Part shown: positions 30,267 through 38,825 of the stretch, piece by piece | Numbering within the stretch: position 1 is the stretch's first letter | Layout of the letters: the number at the start of each line of letters is the position of its first letter | Origin: a virus | Taxonomy: Duplodnaviria; Caudoviricetes | DNA length: 51,561 bases | Virus record (IMG/VR): IMGVR_UViG_3300037245_001095 | Span: 1-51,561 of that record | Direction: 5' to 3' (one strand) | Program-made: the position numbers and the translations under genes | The notes under the pieces: model-generated | Databases searched by the model: none | What the model was told of the DNA's origin: nothing | Seen by the model: only the letters and a program-made list of their open reading frames with translations

Positions 30267-30406
30267 CATACTCCTGGCCATTAGATTATTATCTAATGAT
30301 ATGATTATCTATTATGAATTGAATCATCATATATGATTTATTATATATATGATCTTTGCTATATATGAAATATCACATGCTCCAGGTTATTAGATTATTA
30401 TCTAAT
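30267..30406. repeat. two 31-bp direct repeats, each CCWGG plus an 18-bp inverted repeat
   Basis: CATnCTCCWGGYYATTAGATTATTATCTAAT at 30267-30297 and 30376-30406. Confidence 0.8.
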
Positions 30407-30783
30407 ATTATAATGCTCTATTCTAATTATGAATATAAAATTATTTATACATTGATGATATGATATATTATATTATTTGAATATAAAAATAATTCTATAT
30501 TGATGATAGATTATTTTATATATGAAATTATCTCTATATATTAAAAATTATAAATTATTCTATATTCTTTATATATATGAATTATTATATATTATAAATA
30601 AATTATTATTGATAGTCATTATCATTTATCATTATCAATATATCATTATCCCTATATTGAAAATAGAAATTATTATTGATAATCATTATCAATAATCATT
30701 ATATATCTATCTATATATGATTATTGCTATATAAGAAATCGTTTTTTTATTTTCAATAATTGATGATTATTTTCTTAAATCAA

Positions 30784-30812
30784 TTGATTTTTTTAGATAT
30801 ATGATGTATATT
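30784..30812 (+). promoter_or_regulatory. sigma70-like early promoter
   Basis: TTGATT-17-TATATT; spacer resembles that of the 33375 promoter. Confidence 0.6.
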
Positions 30813-30845
30813 GATAATAGATTAAATGATTAAAAGAGGTTAATT

Positions 30846-31094
30846 ATGAATGAAAATGAAAAGAAAATGAATAATTTGATTATTGAAAAGAAAAGATTGA
30901 TAATCAGAATTGACCGATTATTGAATGATATTAAGATTATCAATAATTCAGATCAATATTTAAGAATTAGAAATTATTCTATAATGAAGAATAGAATATC
31001 ATTATTGAAAGAATTATCATTCTATAAGATTGATCTTGATAATAGAATCTATTATCTTGATTTTCAGATTGATAATGAAAAGAGAGGTTTTTAA
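30846..31094 (+). CDS. early hypothetical protein (composition-restricted)
   Basis: AAGAGGT RBS; 82 aa. Confidence 0.7.
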   Translation: MNENEKKMNNLIIEKKRLIIRIDRLLNDIKIINNSDQYLRIRNYSIMKNRISLLKELSFYKIDLDNRIYYLDFQIDNEKRGF

Positions 31095-31328
31095 ATGAAA
31101 ATGAATAATCAAGAAGTTGATTTTATTGAAAATTATTTTGAGATTGATAAAAAGGTTTTAGTTAGAGAGATAATTCAAAATCATATTTTTGAATTAAGAA
31201 AATCGGTTGATGATATTTTAAAAAGTTATATTCAGAATATCGTGAAAATATCAAATATTGATTTTGATAATTTTAGTGAATCAAAAATTATTGATATAAT
31301 GAAAAAAAGGTTATATCATAATTCTTGA
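31095..31328 (+). CDS. early hypothetical protein (composition-restricted)
   Basis: GAGAGGT RBS; 77 aa. Confidence 0.7.
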   Translation: MKMNNQEVDFIENYFEIDKKVLVREIIQNHIFELRKSVDDILKSYIQNIVKISNIDFDNFSESKIIDIMKKRLYHNS

Positions 31329-31337
31329 TAATCAAAA

Positions 31338-31417
31338 TATAATCTGAGATTGATTTCTCAGATTATAATCAAATATTCAATTTCTTGAATATTTGATTAT
31401 AATCTTATGATTATAAT
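31338..31417. repeat. overlapping perfect inverted repeats
   Basis: 12-bp arms at 31338-31349/31356-31367 and 21-bp arms at 31360-31380/31385-31405. Confidence 0.9.
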
Positions 31418-31441
31418 ATTAAATTGAAAAGAGGTTTTTAG

Positions 31442-31738
31442 ATGAAATTATCAGAGCAAAGAATCAATCAAATATCAGAAAAGATTATTGACGAAATGAA
31501 TGAAATAGTTATAAATGAATTTGATTATCTTAATTTCAATCATCATTCAGAATATCTTGATTTTATAAATCCAATTTTTGATAAGGTTTTAGAAAAATTG
31601 AAAATCAATAATGATGATGAATCAAAATTAAAAGAATTAAAAATCAGATATGATAATTTATCTAATGACGAAAATAATGATAATTCAAATGAATTAGATT
31701 TTATTCATTATCAGATATTAAAATTAGAAAATCATTAG
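31442..31738 (+). CDS. early acidic hypothetical protein (composition-restricted)
   Basis: AAGAGGT RBS; 98 aa. Confidence 0.7.
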   Translation: MKLSEQRINQISEKIIDEMNEIVINEFDYLNFNHHSEYLDFINPIFDKVLEKLKINNDDESKLKELKIRYDNLSNDENNDNSNELDFIHYQILKLENH

Positions 31739-31811
31739 AAATTATGAGAGATTAAGAAATCTCTCTTGAAAGATTATTTTTAATTAAATGATCTTTTTAG
31801 AAAGATTTTTC

Positions 31812-31841
31812 TTGACAAGATTCAGATATCTATGATATAAT
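31812..31841 (+). promoter_or_regulatory. strong sigma70 promoter
   Basis: TTGACA-18-TATAAT with extended -10 TG. Confidence 0.8.
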
Positions 31842-31989
31842 GAATTAGAATCAAGAGATTGAAATGGATCTTTGACAATTTAGAGAAGGGAAATTGAATA
31901 TTTGAATATAGATAAAATCATATATTCGATTGACTCAAAATCATCATGAGAATAAACAGATGATAAAATCCAAAACAAGAGGTAGAGAA

Positions 31990-32442
31990 ATGAACGAATT
32001 GACAAAGGATATGACAATGGAAGACAAAGCGAAATTTGATGAAGGCAAGAAAGTCGCAGCCGAAGCCTACAAAGCCAGAAAGGCAGAAGCCAGAGAGACA
32101 ATCACAAAATGGATTGCAGACGAACCGAAAGTTGATACGAAAGTTCTTGAAGCGATTAAGTATCTTGCAGGTACAGGTGTAAGGTCAGTAAGAACCGGTG
32201 TAAGTTTGGAATTGAGAAACTTACTCGAAGCCGGTCCCGTTTCAACCGTAGATATATTCAATAAGTTTGAATATGGCCGACCAACCATGCAACAGAAAAT
32301 CAATGATTTTATCAAGAAAGGCGAACCGAAAGATAGAATCTGGGTTGCACTTGCAGATGGGAAATATTCCATAGTTGGCAGAGGACCTAATCCGCCTAAA
32401 GGTTGGATTGGTTACTTGCCCGTAGTAAAAGAAGAACTCTAA
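31990..32442 (+). CDS. monocistronic early protein with winged-HTH-like domain
   Basis: Start moved to ATG 31990 (AGAGGTAGAGAA); GPVSTVDIFNKFEYGRPTMQQKINDFIKKG resembles a wHTH. Confidence 0.7.
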   Translation: MNELTKDMTMEDKAKFDEGKKVAAEAYKARKAEARETITKWIADEPKVDTKVLEAIKYLAGTGVRSVRTGVSLELRNLLEAGPVSTVDIFNKFEYGRPTMQQKINDFIKKGEPKDRIWVALADGKYSIVGRGPNPPKGWIGYLPVVKEEL

Positions 32443-32463
32443 GAGAGTGAGAAGCAGACATGT

Positions 32464-32490
32464 GGCCCGGAGAAATCCGGGCTTTTTTAT
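32464..32490 (+). terminator. intrinsic terminator
   Basis: GGCCCGGA-GAAA-TCCGGGCT followed by a T run. Confidence 0.9.
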
Positions 32491-32519
32491 TTGTCCCATG
32501 TCACAGGCCATAGAGTGTC

Positions 32520-33020
32520 ATCGGCTTGAAGCTTAAAAAGATAGTCAGGTGTACATGTCCCGGCTTGAAGCTTAAAAAGCCAATTATACCTTAAAAAGCA
32601 TATAATACCCATAAAATAGCTAAAATAACGCAGGCCACGGGCCACAGAGCGTGATTCAGATACACAATATATTATCATTAGTCTAGTTTCAAAAATGTTT
32701 GTATACATTGTATACGGATTAAAAAGATTTGTAACAATATAATTCCTTATTATATATAGAGATATACAAAATATATACAATATATACAAAGATACAGACA
32801 AATATGAAAACGGCGATATGCCCCTTTTTAGACATTGTTAAAAAAGCTAGTGTAACGTGTATACTTTGTATATATTGCTCCATAAGTCCTTACCCTGTAT
32901 AGAATTAAAAATATTTCCAATATATACAATATATACAAACTTTTTTGAAACTTGACTAATGATTATATATGATATATCCAAAAAGATACATAAGTCCTTA
33001 CAACATAAGGAATTATCCTT
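32520..33020. other. non-coding repeat-rich region, candidate replication origin
   Basis: 19-bp direct repeat at 32522/32561; ATATATACAA iterons; CATAAGTCCTTAC-N8-GAATTA at 32881 and 32989. Confidence 0.5.
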
Positions 33021-33374
33021 TTATATGATTTCGTATGATTTCAGAGGTGGTCCTTTATATGAGTGTATATATTTCGTCAATGGAAATATGATGATTAGCC
33101 CGGGCCACGTGGCCTGTATCATATATCCAATAACTAGTATCATATGACAAAGAGCAAGAGACATACACACTATAATACACAACAGAGATAGAGACAGCCA
33201 GTGACACGTATCAAGTATCCCGCAACCTGTGACACACAGAGAGAGTAGCCTGTCACATAGAGTTGAATCAATTAGATGAATATCTAATTCATCAATAAAT
33301 CTTCATCTATGAAGATTTTTCTATATATAATTTTCGCTATATAAGAAAGGACCTCATTTATTTTTTTATTTCTC

Positions 33375-33403
33375 TTGATTCTTTTAGATATATAGATTAT
33401 AAT
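33375..33403 (+). promoter_or_regulatory. sigma70-like promoter for the long early operon
   Basis: TTGATT-17-TATAAT with an upstream T-tract. Confidence 0.7.
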
Positions 33404-33515
33404 GATTATAGAGATTTTTTCATTATATAGAAAGGAGAAGATCATGTAAAGAATGAGCAAGAGAGTACAAAATAAATCAAAGGTGACTCACTGCGAGTCA
33501 CCAAAGGAGCAGATA

Positions 33516-33809
33516 ATGAGTGTAACACTAACAAGAGAACAACTAATTGATCGCCATTCTAATATTGACGGAATAGAATATTATACCATTGAGACAATGG
33601 CAGATATAACATATAGATCAGAACAGGCAATTAGACTATTATGTAATAAAGGTAATAGAATTGATAAACTCAGATATATCAAATTTGGTGTAGCCGTATT
33701 GATACCAATAAGCGAACTAATAAGATTTCCTTTTGCATCAGCCGGGCGATCTAAATTGGTTATGCGATATAATGCAGATGGTTCTGAGTATTCGGAAATG
33801 ATAGCCTAA
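33516..33809 (+). CDS. excisionase-like helix-turn-helix DNA-binding protein
   Basis: YYTIETMADITYRSEQAIRLLC...IKFGVAVLIP pattern; AAGGAG RBS at 33516 (alternative start 33453). Confidence 0.7.
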   Translation: MSVTLTREQLIDRHSNIDGIEYYTIETMADITYRSEQAIRLLCNKGNRIDKLRYIKFGVAVLIPISELIRFPFASAGRSKLVMRYNADGSEYSEMIA

Positions 33810-33828
33810 ATTATAAAGAGGTAGAGAG

Positions 33829-34326
33829 ATGAAAAGTAAAATAGCAATGCAAACCGTTATTGAAATGATGAATAATGGTTCACTTGATTTTATCAGAGAT
33901 GAAGCAAGTAATGCTTTTGATAATATGTTAAAAGAAGAAATTTATCGTGCTTTAAAAGAAGATGCTTCAGCTAATTATACAACTGAAGATACCAATCTGA
34001 TAACAAATATTATTCAGGCATCAATGAAGTTTGATGCTGAATACTGCTCTGAAATGCAGATGATTATGAATTGTTTTATTGAAGAGCACGGGGCAAGTAT
34101 CATAGATACTTTGTTAATTTTCACTGAGACTCAATTTAACAATATAGATATATTGGCTAGAGATGAAAGAGAAGTATTTACAAGAAGATTGATAGAGAGT
34201 AAAGTATTGAGCAAATTGTTTAATTGGTATATTGAAGCTAATAATGAAGATATAGCAGAGATACTTGTTGATAAGATACTTGATAAAATATCATATGAAG
34301 TTAGTAAAGCATTAGATGAGGTATAG
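33829..34326 (+). CDS. acidic hypothetical protein, paralog family A
   Basis: NCFIEEH...DTLLIFTE and LFNWYIE shared with the next gene. Confidence 0.75.
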   Translation: MKSKIAMQTVIEMMNNGSLDFIRDEASNAFDNMLKEEIYRALKEDASANYTTEDTNLITNIIQASMKFDAEYCSEMQMIMNCFIEEHGASIIDTLLIFTETQFNNIDILARDEREVFTRRLIESKVLSKLFNWYIEANNEDIAEILVDKILDKISYEVSKALDEV

Positions 34327-34328
34327 AA

Positions 34329-34856
34329 GTGGACAAAGTCAAAAATATGCAAATAGCCATTGAACTAATGAAGAGTAATGATTTTAATTATATGCTCGAC
34401 AATGCAAGACATGAAGCATCAAGAAAATTGAGTAATAGCATTGACATTTATCTTGAACAAAATAATTATTATGCAGATGATGATTTTGGTGTAGATAATA
34501 GTGATAATATTGAGCATGTCCAAAGTATCATAGCTGAATCACTCAAAATAATAGTTGAGCCCATAGCCAGTGGCATGTCACAAACAATTATAAATTGTTT
34601 CGTCAAGGAACATGCAACATATATAAATGATACTTTGAAAATATTCACAGAACAATTGAAAGAAGCTAAGTTTATTGATAGTGATAATGCTATATATCAA
34701 CAATGTGATTTATTTGCAAATAGATTGATCGCAGCAAGACTTGACGAAACATTATTTTATTGGTATATTGAAACATTAGATGGAGAAGAACAGAAAGAGC
34801 TCAATAATGCAATATACAATCAAATATTATTAGTTAGTGAAAAGGAGTCAAAATGA
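34329..34856 (+). CDS. acidic hypothetical protein, paralog family A
   Basis: NCFVKEH...DTLKIFTE and LFYWYIE. Confidence 0.75.
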   Translation: MDKVKNMQIAIELMKSNDFNYMLDNARHEASRKLSNSIDIYLEQNNYYADDDFGVDNSDNIEHVQSIIAESLKIIVEPIASGMSQTIINCFVKEHATYINDTLKIFTEQLKEAKFIDSDNAIYQQCDLFANRLIAARLDETLFYWYIETLDGEEQKELNNAIYNQILLVSEKESK

Positions 34857-35110
34857 ACTCAATAATAGTTAAAGATGCGAATGATATGATTGCATTAAGT
34901 AACCTGCGGCCTGGGGAATGCTTCATGTTTCCAGAGGCTGATGAAACCATGGTCATGATGGTACTTGAACCAGATACTAGTTGTATCAATGTTGATAAGA
35001 GTTCTGAGAATATACCTATAGTTAATTTGGCAGATGGTCATACATTTGTATGCGACGAAATACAAAAGGTATTACGCTACAGAATTGAAATAGAAGCTGT
35101 TAAATATTAA
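34853..35110 (+). CDS. small beta protein, paralog family B
   Basis: LRPGECF...VNLADG motif. Confidence 0.7.
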   Translation: MNSIIVKDANDMIALSNLRPGECFMFPEADETMVMMVLEPDTSCINVDKSSENIPIVNLADGHTFVCDEIQKVLRYRIEIEAVKY

Positions 35111-35132
35111 ATTGATATAAAGAGGTAGAGAG

Positions 35133-35303
35133 ATGATTGCAACAATTAAGTTTGATGTATTAAAGAATAATTGTTTACATAATGGTGATCAACCTGGAGG
35201 TTTAACAGGGCAATGTCAGCATTACTTACAAAGTAACAAAACAAGAGACAATTCAAGATGTTGTTTAACTAATTGTCCAACTATACTAAATATAAAGAGG
35301 TAG
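35133..35303 (+). CDS. small Cys-rich protein (56 aa, not in the ORF track)
   Basis: Conserved AGAGGTAGAGAG-ATG start; MIATIKFDVLKNNC...CCLTNCP. Confidence 0.65.
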   Translation: MIATIKFDVLKNNCLHNGDQPGGLTGQCQHYLQSNKTRDNSRCCLTNCPTILNIKR

Positions 35304-35307
35304 AGAA

Positions 35308-35646
35308 ATGAGTAAAGAAATCAAAGCATTTTATCAGAAGAAAGATAAACCTACAGGCCGTCCTAAGTTTGTTTATGTGAGACTGGCCCCGGAGCAAGCG
35401 AAACAGTTCATTGGTAAAGACAGCCATGGACATGTGCAATCATTACTTGGTGATGATATCAAATGCAAGAATAGTATGCATGATGATGAAGTACTTAATA
35501 CTTGCTCTGATGAAGTACACTTGACAACAGATGGTGCTTGGGATAGATATATTGAAAAGAGACTTTGCATACCAAAGTTTGTCTTCATTGCAAATACTCA
35601 GACTGTTCTGTCTATGCTTCTTGAAAAGTATGGTTTCATATTATGA
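35308..35646 (+). CDS. hypothetical protein
   Basis: Conserved start motif. Confidence 0.7.
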   Translation: MSKEIKAFYQKKDKPTGRPKFVYVRLAPEQAKQFIGKDSHGHVQSLLGDDIKCKNSMHDDEVLNTCSDEVHLTTDGAWDRYIEKRLCIPKFVFIANTQTVLSMLLEKYGFIL

Positions 35647-35870
35647 GTCTAAGTATAAAAGCAACATATATCTTTAGTACTATTGTGCGTGAGGTTATAC
35701 CAAAAGTCTTTGAAGAATGTCGCGAAGACATGATTACAGACTTACAAACTTCTCTCAGAGAAGAGATTGTGAGCTTCTGTGAAGAGAATATTACAGATAT
35801 TGTGGAAGCTAATACAGTAATAAAATTAGCTTGTGATTGTATTAACATTAAATTAGAGGTAGAGAAATGA
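35643..35870 (+). CDS. hypothetical protein, paralog family C
   Basis: IPKVFEECREDMI...CE...CINIKL. Confidence 0.7.
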   Translation: MSLSIKATYIFSTIVREVIPKVFEECREDMITDLQTSLREEIVSFCEENITDIVEANTVIKLACDCINIKLEVEK

Positions 35871-36136
35871 ATATAACATTCAAAGAAAGTATAAATAGAG
35901 TTCAGTTTTCATTATTAGATCATGGCGATACATTCATGTTTGATATGGAAAGTGCTGAAGGTCCATTCATACATATAAAGATAGTCTTAGCTGGTGATTA
36001 TATTTCATTAGATAAAGATATAACTGCAAAGTTATTAGTACCAAACTATATTGTATTAAATAATGGTCAACCAGGTAAAGCATTACCTGATATTTTAGTC
36101 ATACCCGTGACCCTGAACGTGGAGGTCGAAAGATGA
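35867..36136 (+). CDS. small beta protein, paralog family B
   Basis: LDHGDTF...NYIVLNNG. Confidence 0.7.
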   Translation: MNITFKESINRVQFSLLDHGDTFMFDMESAEGPFIHIKIVLAGDYISLDKDITAKLLVPNYIVLNNGQPGKALPDILVIPVTLNVEVER

Positions 36137-36402
36137 ATGAAATAAAACACAGATTACCTTATGAATTAAAAAAGCATAGTGATCTTGAGATTGGTGAATG
36201 TTTTACTTTTAATAATGGACGAATATATGAAGAGCCTATGATGAAGATACAAATAGATACAGATGGTGAGACATTCTATATCAATGGTGATGATTATAAA
36301 TTGCCAAATGCAGTTTGCTTAAAAGATGGACTTGTACTTCGTGTCCATGAAAATGAATGGCTTGTACCACATAAAGCAACTATTGAGGTAGAGCCAAAAT
36401 GA
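36133..36402 (+). CDS. small beta protein, paralog family B
   Basis: LEIGECF...NAVCLKDG. Confidence 0.7.
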   Translation: MNEIKHRLPYELKKHSDLEIGECFTFNNGRIYEEPMMKIQIDTDGETFYINGDDYKLPNAVCLKDGLVLRVHENEWLVPHKATIEVEPK

Positions 36403-36656
36403 ATGAAATAAACATACATCTTCCAACAGAGAAGAATAAGTCAATCTTAGATTTTGCATATGGTGAATGTTTCACATATGATACACCTGATGCTGATGAA
36501 ATATTCATGAAATTACATATGCATCGCAACCTTATATTTGATAGTCCTGATTATGTGCCAAATACAATAAGTCTTATAAATGGAGTAACAAGAACAATAC
36601 CAAATGATATTTCGTTAATACCTTATAAAATAATAATGGAGGCTTATCCAGAATGA
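36399..36656 (+). CDS. small beta protein, paralog family B
   Basis: FAYGECF...NTISLING. Confidence 0.7.
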   Translation: MNEINIHLPTEKNKSILDFAYGECFTYDTPDADEIFMKLHMHRNLIFDSPDYVPNTISLINGVTRTIPNDISLIPYKIIMEAYPE

Positions 36657-36937
36657 CTGAGAAAGCCAAGATACTCTTAAATAAAACATTAAAAGAAGTT
36701 GACTTGGCCCGTAACATAGCAAATGCAACATGGCAAATATTGCCACAAATTGTAAGTCAATTGATGATAGTTCATTTTGGTAAAGAATATATGACAAATA
36801 ACATCAATGAGTTTCAAGAAGTTATGGATGCATTACAACGTAGAATTGATTTTAAGTTTACAATTGATGATCGTAGAATTGAAACTATAGCAGATAAAAT
36901 TATAGAAATAGCTTTCAAAAATAATAGAAAGAGGTAG
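36653..36937 (+). CDS. hypothetical protein
   Basis: ATGA-coupled, GGAGG RBS. Confidence 0.7.
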   Translation: MTEKAKILLNKTLKEVDLARNIANATWQILPQIVSQLMIVHFGKEYMTNNINEFQEVMDALQRRIDFKFTIDDRRIETIADKIIEIAFKNNRKR

Positions 36938-36941
36938 AGAG

Positions 36942-37163
36942 ATGGAATTAAGTAATTTTGGTAAAGATTTATTGGAAGGTATTATAAAGACTAAAGTACC
37001 AGAAGCCTTTGAGCATTGTAAAGAAGACCTTATTGATGATATAGAGGCTGAACTTCGTGATAAGATAACATTGATGTGTGAAGCTGCATTACCACCAATA
37101 GAAGCTCATATGATTATAACAAAAGCAGTAGGTTGTATTGATATACGGTTAATAACAAAGTAA
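36942..37163 (+). CDS. hypothetical protein, paralog family C
   Basis: VPEAFEHCKEDLI...CE...CIDIRL. Confidence 0.7.
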   Translation: MELSNFGKDLLEGIIKTKVPEAFEHCKEDLIDDIEAELRDKITLMCEAALPPIEAHMIITKAVGCIDIRLITK

Positions 37164-37175
37164 AGAGGTAAAGAA

Positions 37176-37694
37176 ATGGAATTAGTTAAATTGTTAACTG
37201 CCAAAGAAATGGCAGACAAAATAGAAGCAATCGTGGTCGGGGGCCAGGGGCAAACACTTGGATTGATGTTAAAACCGAGAGAGCTTGAGCTTACTTACAG
37301 AATGTGTGACGCTCATAAAACAATCATAGGCACAGATGGGTTCTTCTTTAAGTGTTACGCATATAGTGAGTCATACCAGCGAGCCTTTGCAGGTGCTAAG
37401 TTTGATATAAAGCTTGAAGATGGAACTATCATACATGCCACGGGCCAATGGTGGAATAGCGGATATGAGTTCATCGAAGACCTCTATGGCATTGATATTG
37501 CAGGTTCTATTGGTGTATCAACCATGGCTGAATTTGAGAAGACAACAACCTTTCAGACTATTGGTTATGATAGACAAATGATGGCTGCTGTTGAAAAAGA
37601 ATTAAAAGACCGCTCAACCAAGAAAATTGACTATGTCAGTCTTATAGCTGATATATGGGAGAAACGAATGACTAAGAACCCGGTGACTGAATGA
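37176..37694 (+). CDS. hypothetical phage protein
   Basis: Conserved start motif; AFAGAKFDIKLEDGTII..GQWW. Confidence 0.7.
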   Translation: MELVKLLTAKEMADKIEAIVVGGQGQTLGLMLKPRELELTYRMCDAHKTIIGTDGFFFKCYAYSESYQRAFAGAKFDIKLEDGTIIHATGQWWNSGYEFIEDLYGIDIAGSIGVSTMAEFEKTTTFQTIGYDRQMMAAVEKELKDRSTKKIDYVSLIADIWEKRMTKNPVTE

Positions 37695-38125
37695 TGACTC
37701 TTACTGCAATAAAGATAAATCATTGTACAATAGCCTGTCATGATTGTGGTGGTAAATGTTGTAAACAAGCACCTGGATTATTTCATCCTGATCAGTTTAA
37801 GAATGATGAAGAGATAAAAGCCTTATTACGAACAGGTGATTATGAAATTGATTCTTGGTATATTGAAGATGGTATTGATATATGGTTTTTAAGACCAGCT
37901 AAAGATAGTGAACTCATCTGGAGTGGTACATGTCGATTTTTAACTGATGATGGTTGTGACTTGCCACGTGACAAACGACCAATTGAATGTTTGGCATTAA
38001 AACCAATGACAGATGGTGAGTGTAAATCATCTATTGATGGGCATCCAAAAGAAGAATTGGTTTATGAATGGGATAATTCAAAGTTTGATCTATATATATT
38101 GAACGAGGAGGTTAATAATGACTGA
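37691..38125 (+). CDS. YkgJ-family (CxxCxxCC) cysteine-cluster protein
   Basis: CHDCGGKCC...CRFL...C...RPIEC. Confidence 0.8.
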   Translation: MMTLTAIKINHCTIACHDCGGKCCKQAPGLFHPDQFKNDEEIKALLRTGDYEIDSWYIEDGIDIWFLRPAKDSELIWSGTCRFLTDDGCDLPRDKRPIECLALKPMTDGECKSSIDGHPKEELVYEWDNSKFDLYILNEEVNND

Positions 38126-38303
38126 TAAGTTTGAAGAAAGATTAGATAAACTATTCAAACTTGGCCTTAAATATGATGGCTCTTCAATGATCTATCATGA
38201 TATTAACTTTCATACAACTGATATTACATGTATGACTGATGAACAATTTGAGAAGGCTTTGAAAGGAGCCACTGAAAGAAAGAAGGCTATAGATGAAAAC
38301 TAA
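38118..38303 (+). CDS. hypothetical protein
   Basis: GAGGAGG RBS. Confidence 0.65.
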   Translation: MTDKFEERLDKLFKLGLKYDGSSMIYHDINFHTTDITCMTDEQFEKALKGATERKKAIDEN

Positions 38304-38520
38304 ATTAGTCAGATTCTTTATTGTTATAAATGCTTTATGGCTTATACCATGCGCTCCATATGGTATTGGTAAGTTAACAATATATACTAATGGAAATACT
38401 TTCACTATTGGTGAAACATGGTTTCTTGGTGCAATATCAATTATAGGTGTACTCATAGTTACAGCTATAATTACAGTAATTGTAGTATTAACTATATTAT
38501 GGATAAAGGATGGTGAATGA
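38293..38520 (+). CDS. small two-TM membrane protein
   Basis: Two hydrophobic segments. Confidence 0.65.
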   Translation: MKTKLVRFFIVINALWLIPCAPYGIGKLTIYTNGNTFTIGETWFLGAISIIGVLIVTAIITVIVVLTILWIKDGE

Positions 38521-38825
38521 TGCAAACTAAAACAATAATACCCATAGAACAAGACCTGTGGCAAGTGACCAGTGAACCGGGAGATGCAACACAGTATACT
38601 TATTATGTACATTTAGGCTATAACAATGTATATCATTTTATGCCAAGAAATGTGCAAATAAGATATCCAGCACATCTTACATTAGAAACATTGTGTGTAC
38701 TTGATAAAAATTATATTGAAGATGATGATCATATTGTAAGTCAACTCGCCAAAGATTTTAATTGTAATCCTTGGACTATTCTTGAATGTATACGAACCGT
38801 GAAGGAGCTCAATGATGTACATTGA
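38517..38825 (+). CDS. hypothetical phage protein
   Basis: EPGDATQY and CNPWT motifs; coupled ORF. Confidence 0.65.
   Translation: MMQTKTIIPIEQDLWQVTSEPGDATQYTYYVHLGYNNVYHFMPRNVQIRYPAHLTLETLCVLDKNYIEDDDHIVSQLAKDFNCNPWTILECIRTVKELNDVH

Noticed and set aside
31338-31417. Hairpin-telomere (protelomerase/ResT) site
   Set aside because: No telomere resolvase or partition genes recognised, and the main palindrome has a 4-nt asymmetric centre; kept only as an unexplained palindrome.
32487-33147. ORFs 32487..32801 (-) and 32959..33147 (+)
   Set aside because: No RBS; they are low-complexity translations of the repeat region.
33516-33809. Lysogeny module implied by the excisionase-like HTH
   Set aside because: No tyrosine or serine integrase and no CI-like repressor found in an essentially complete genome.
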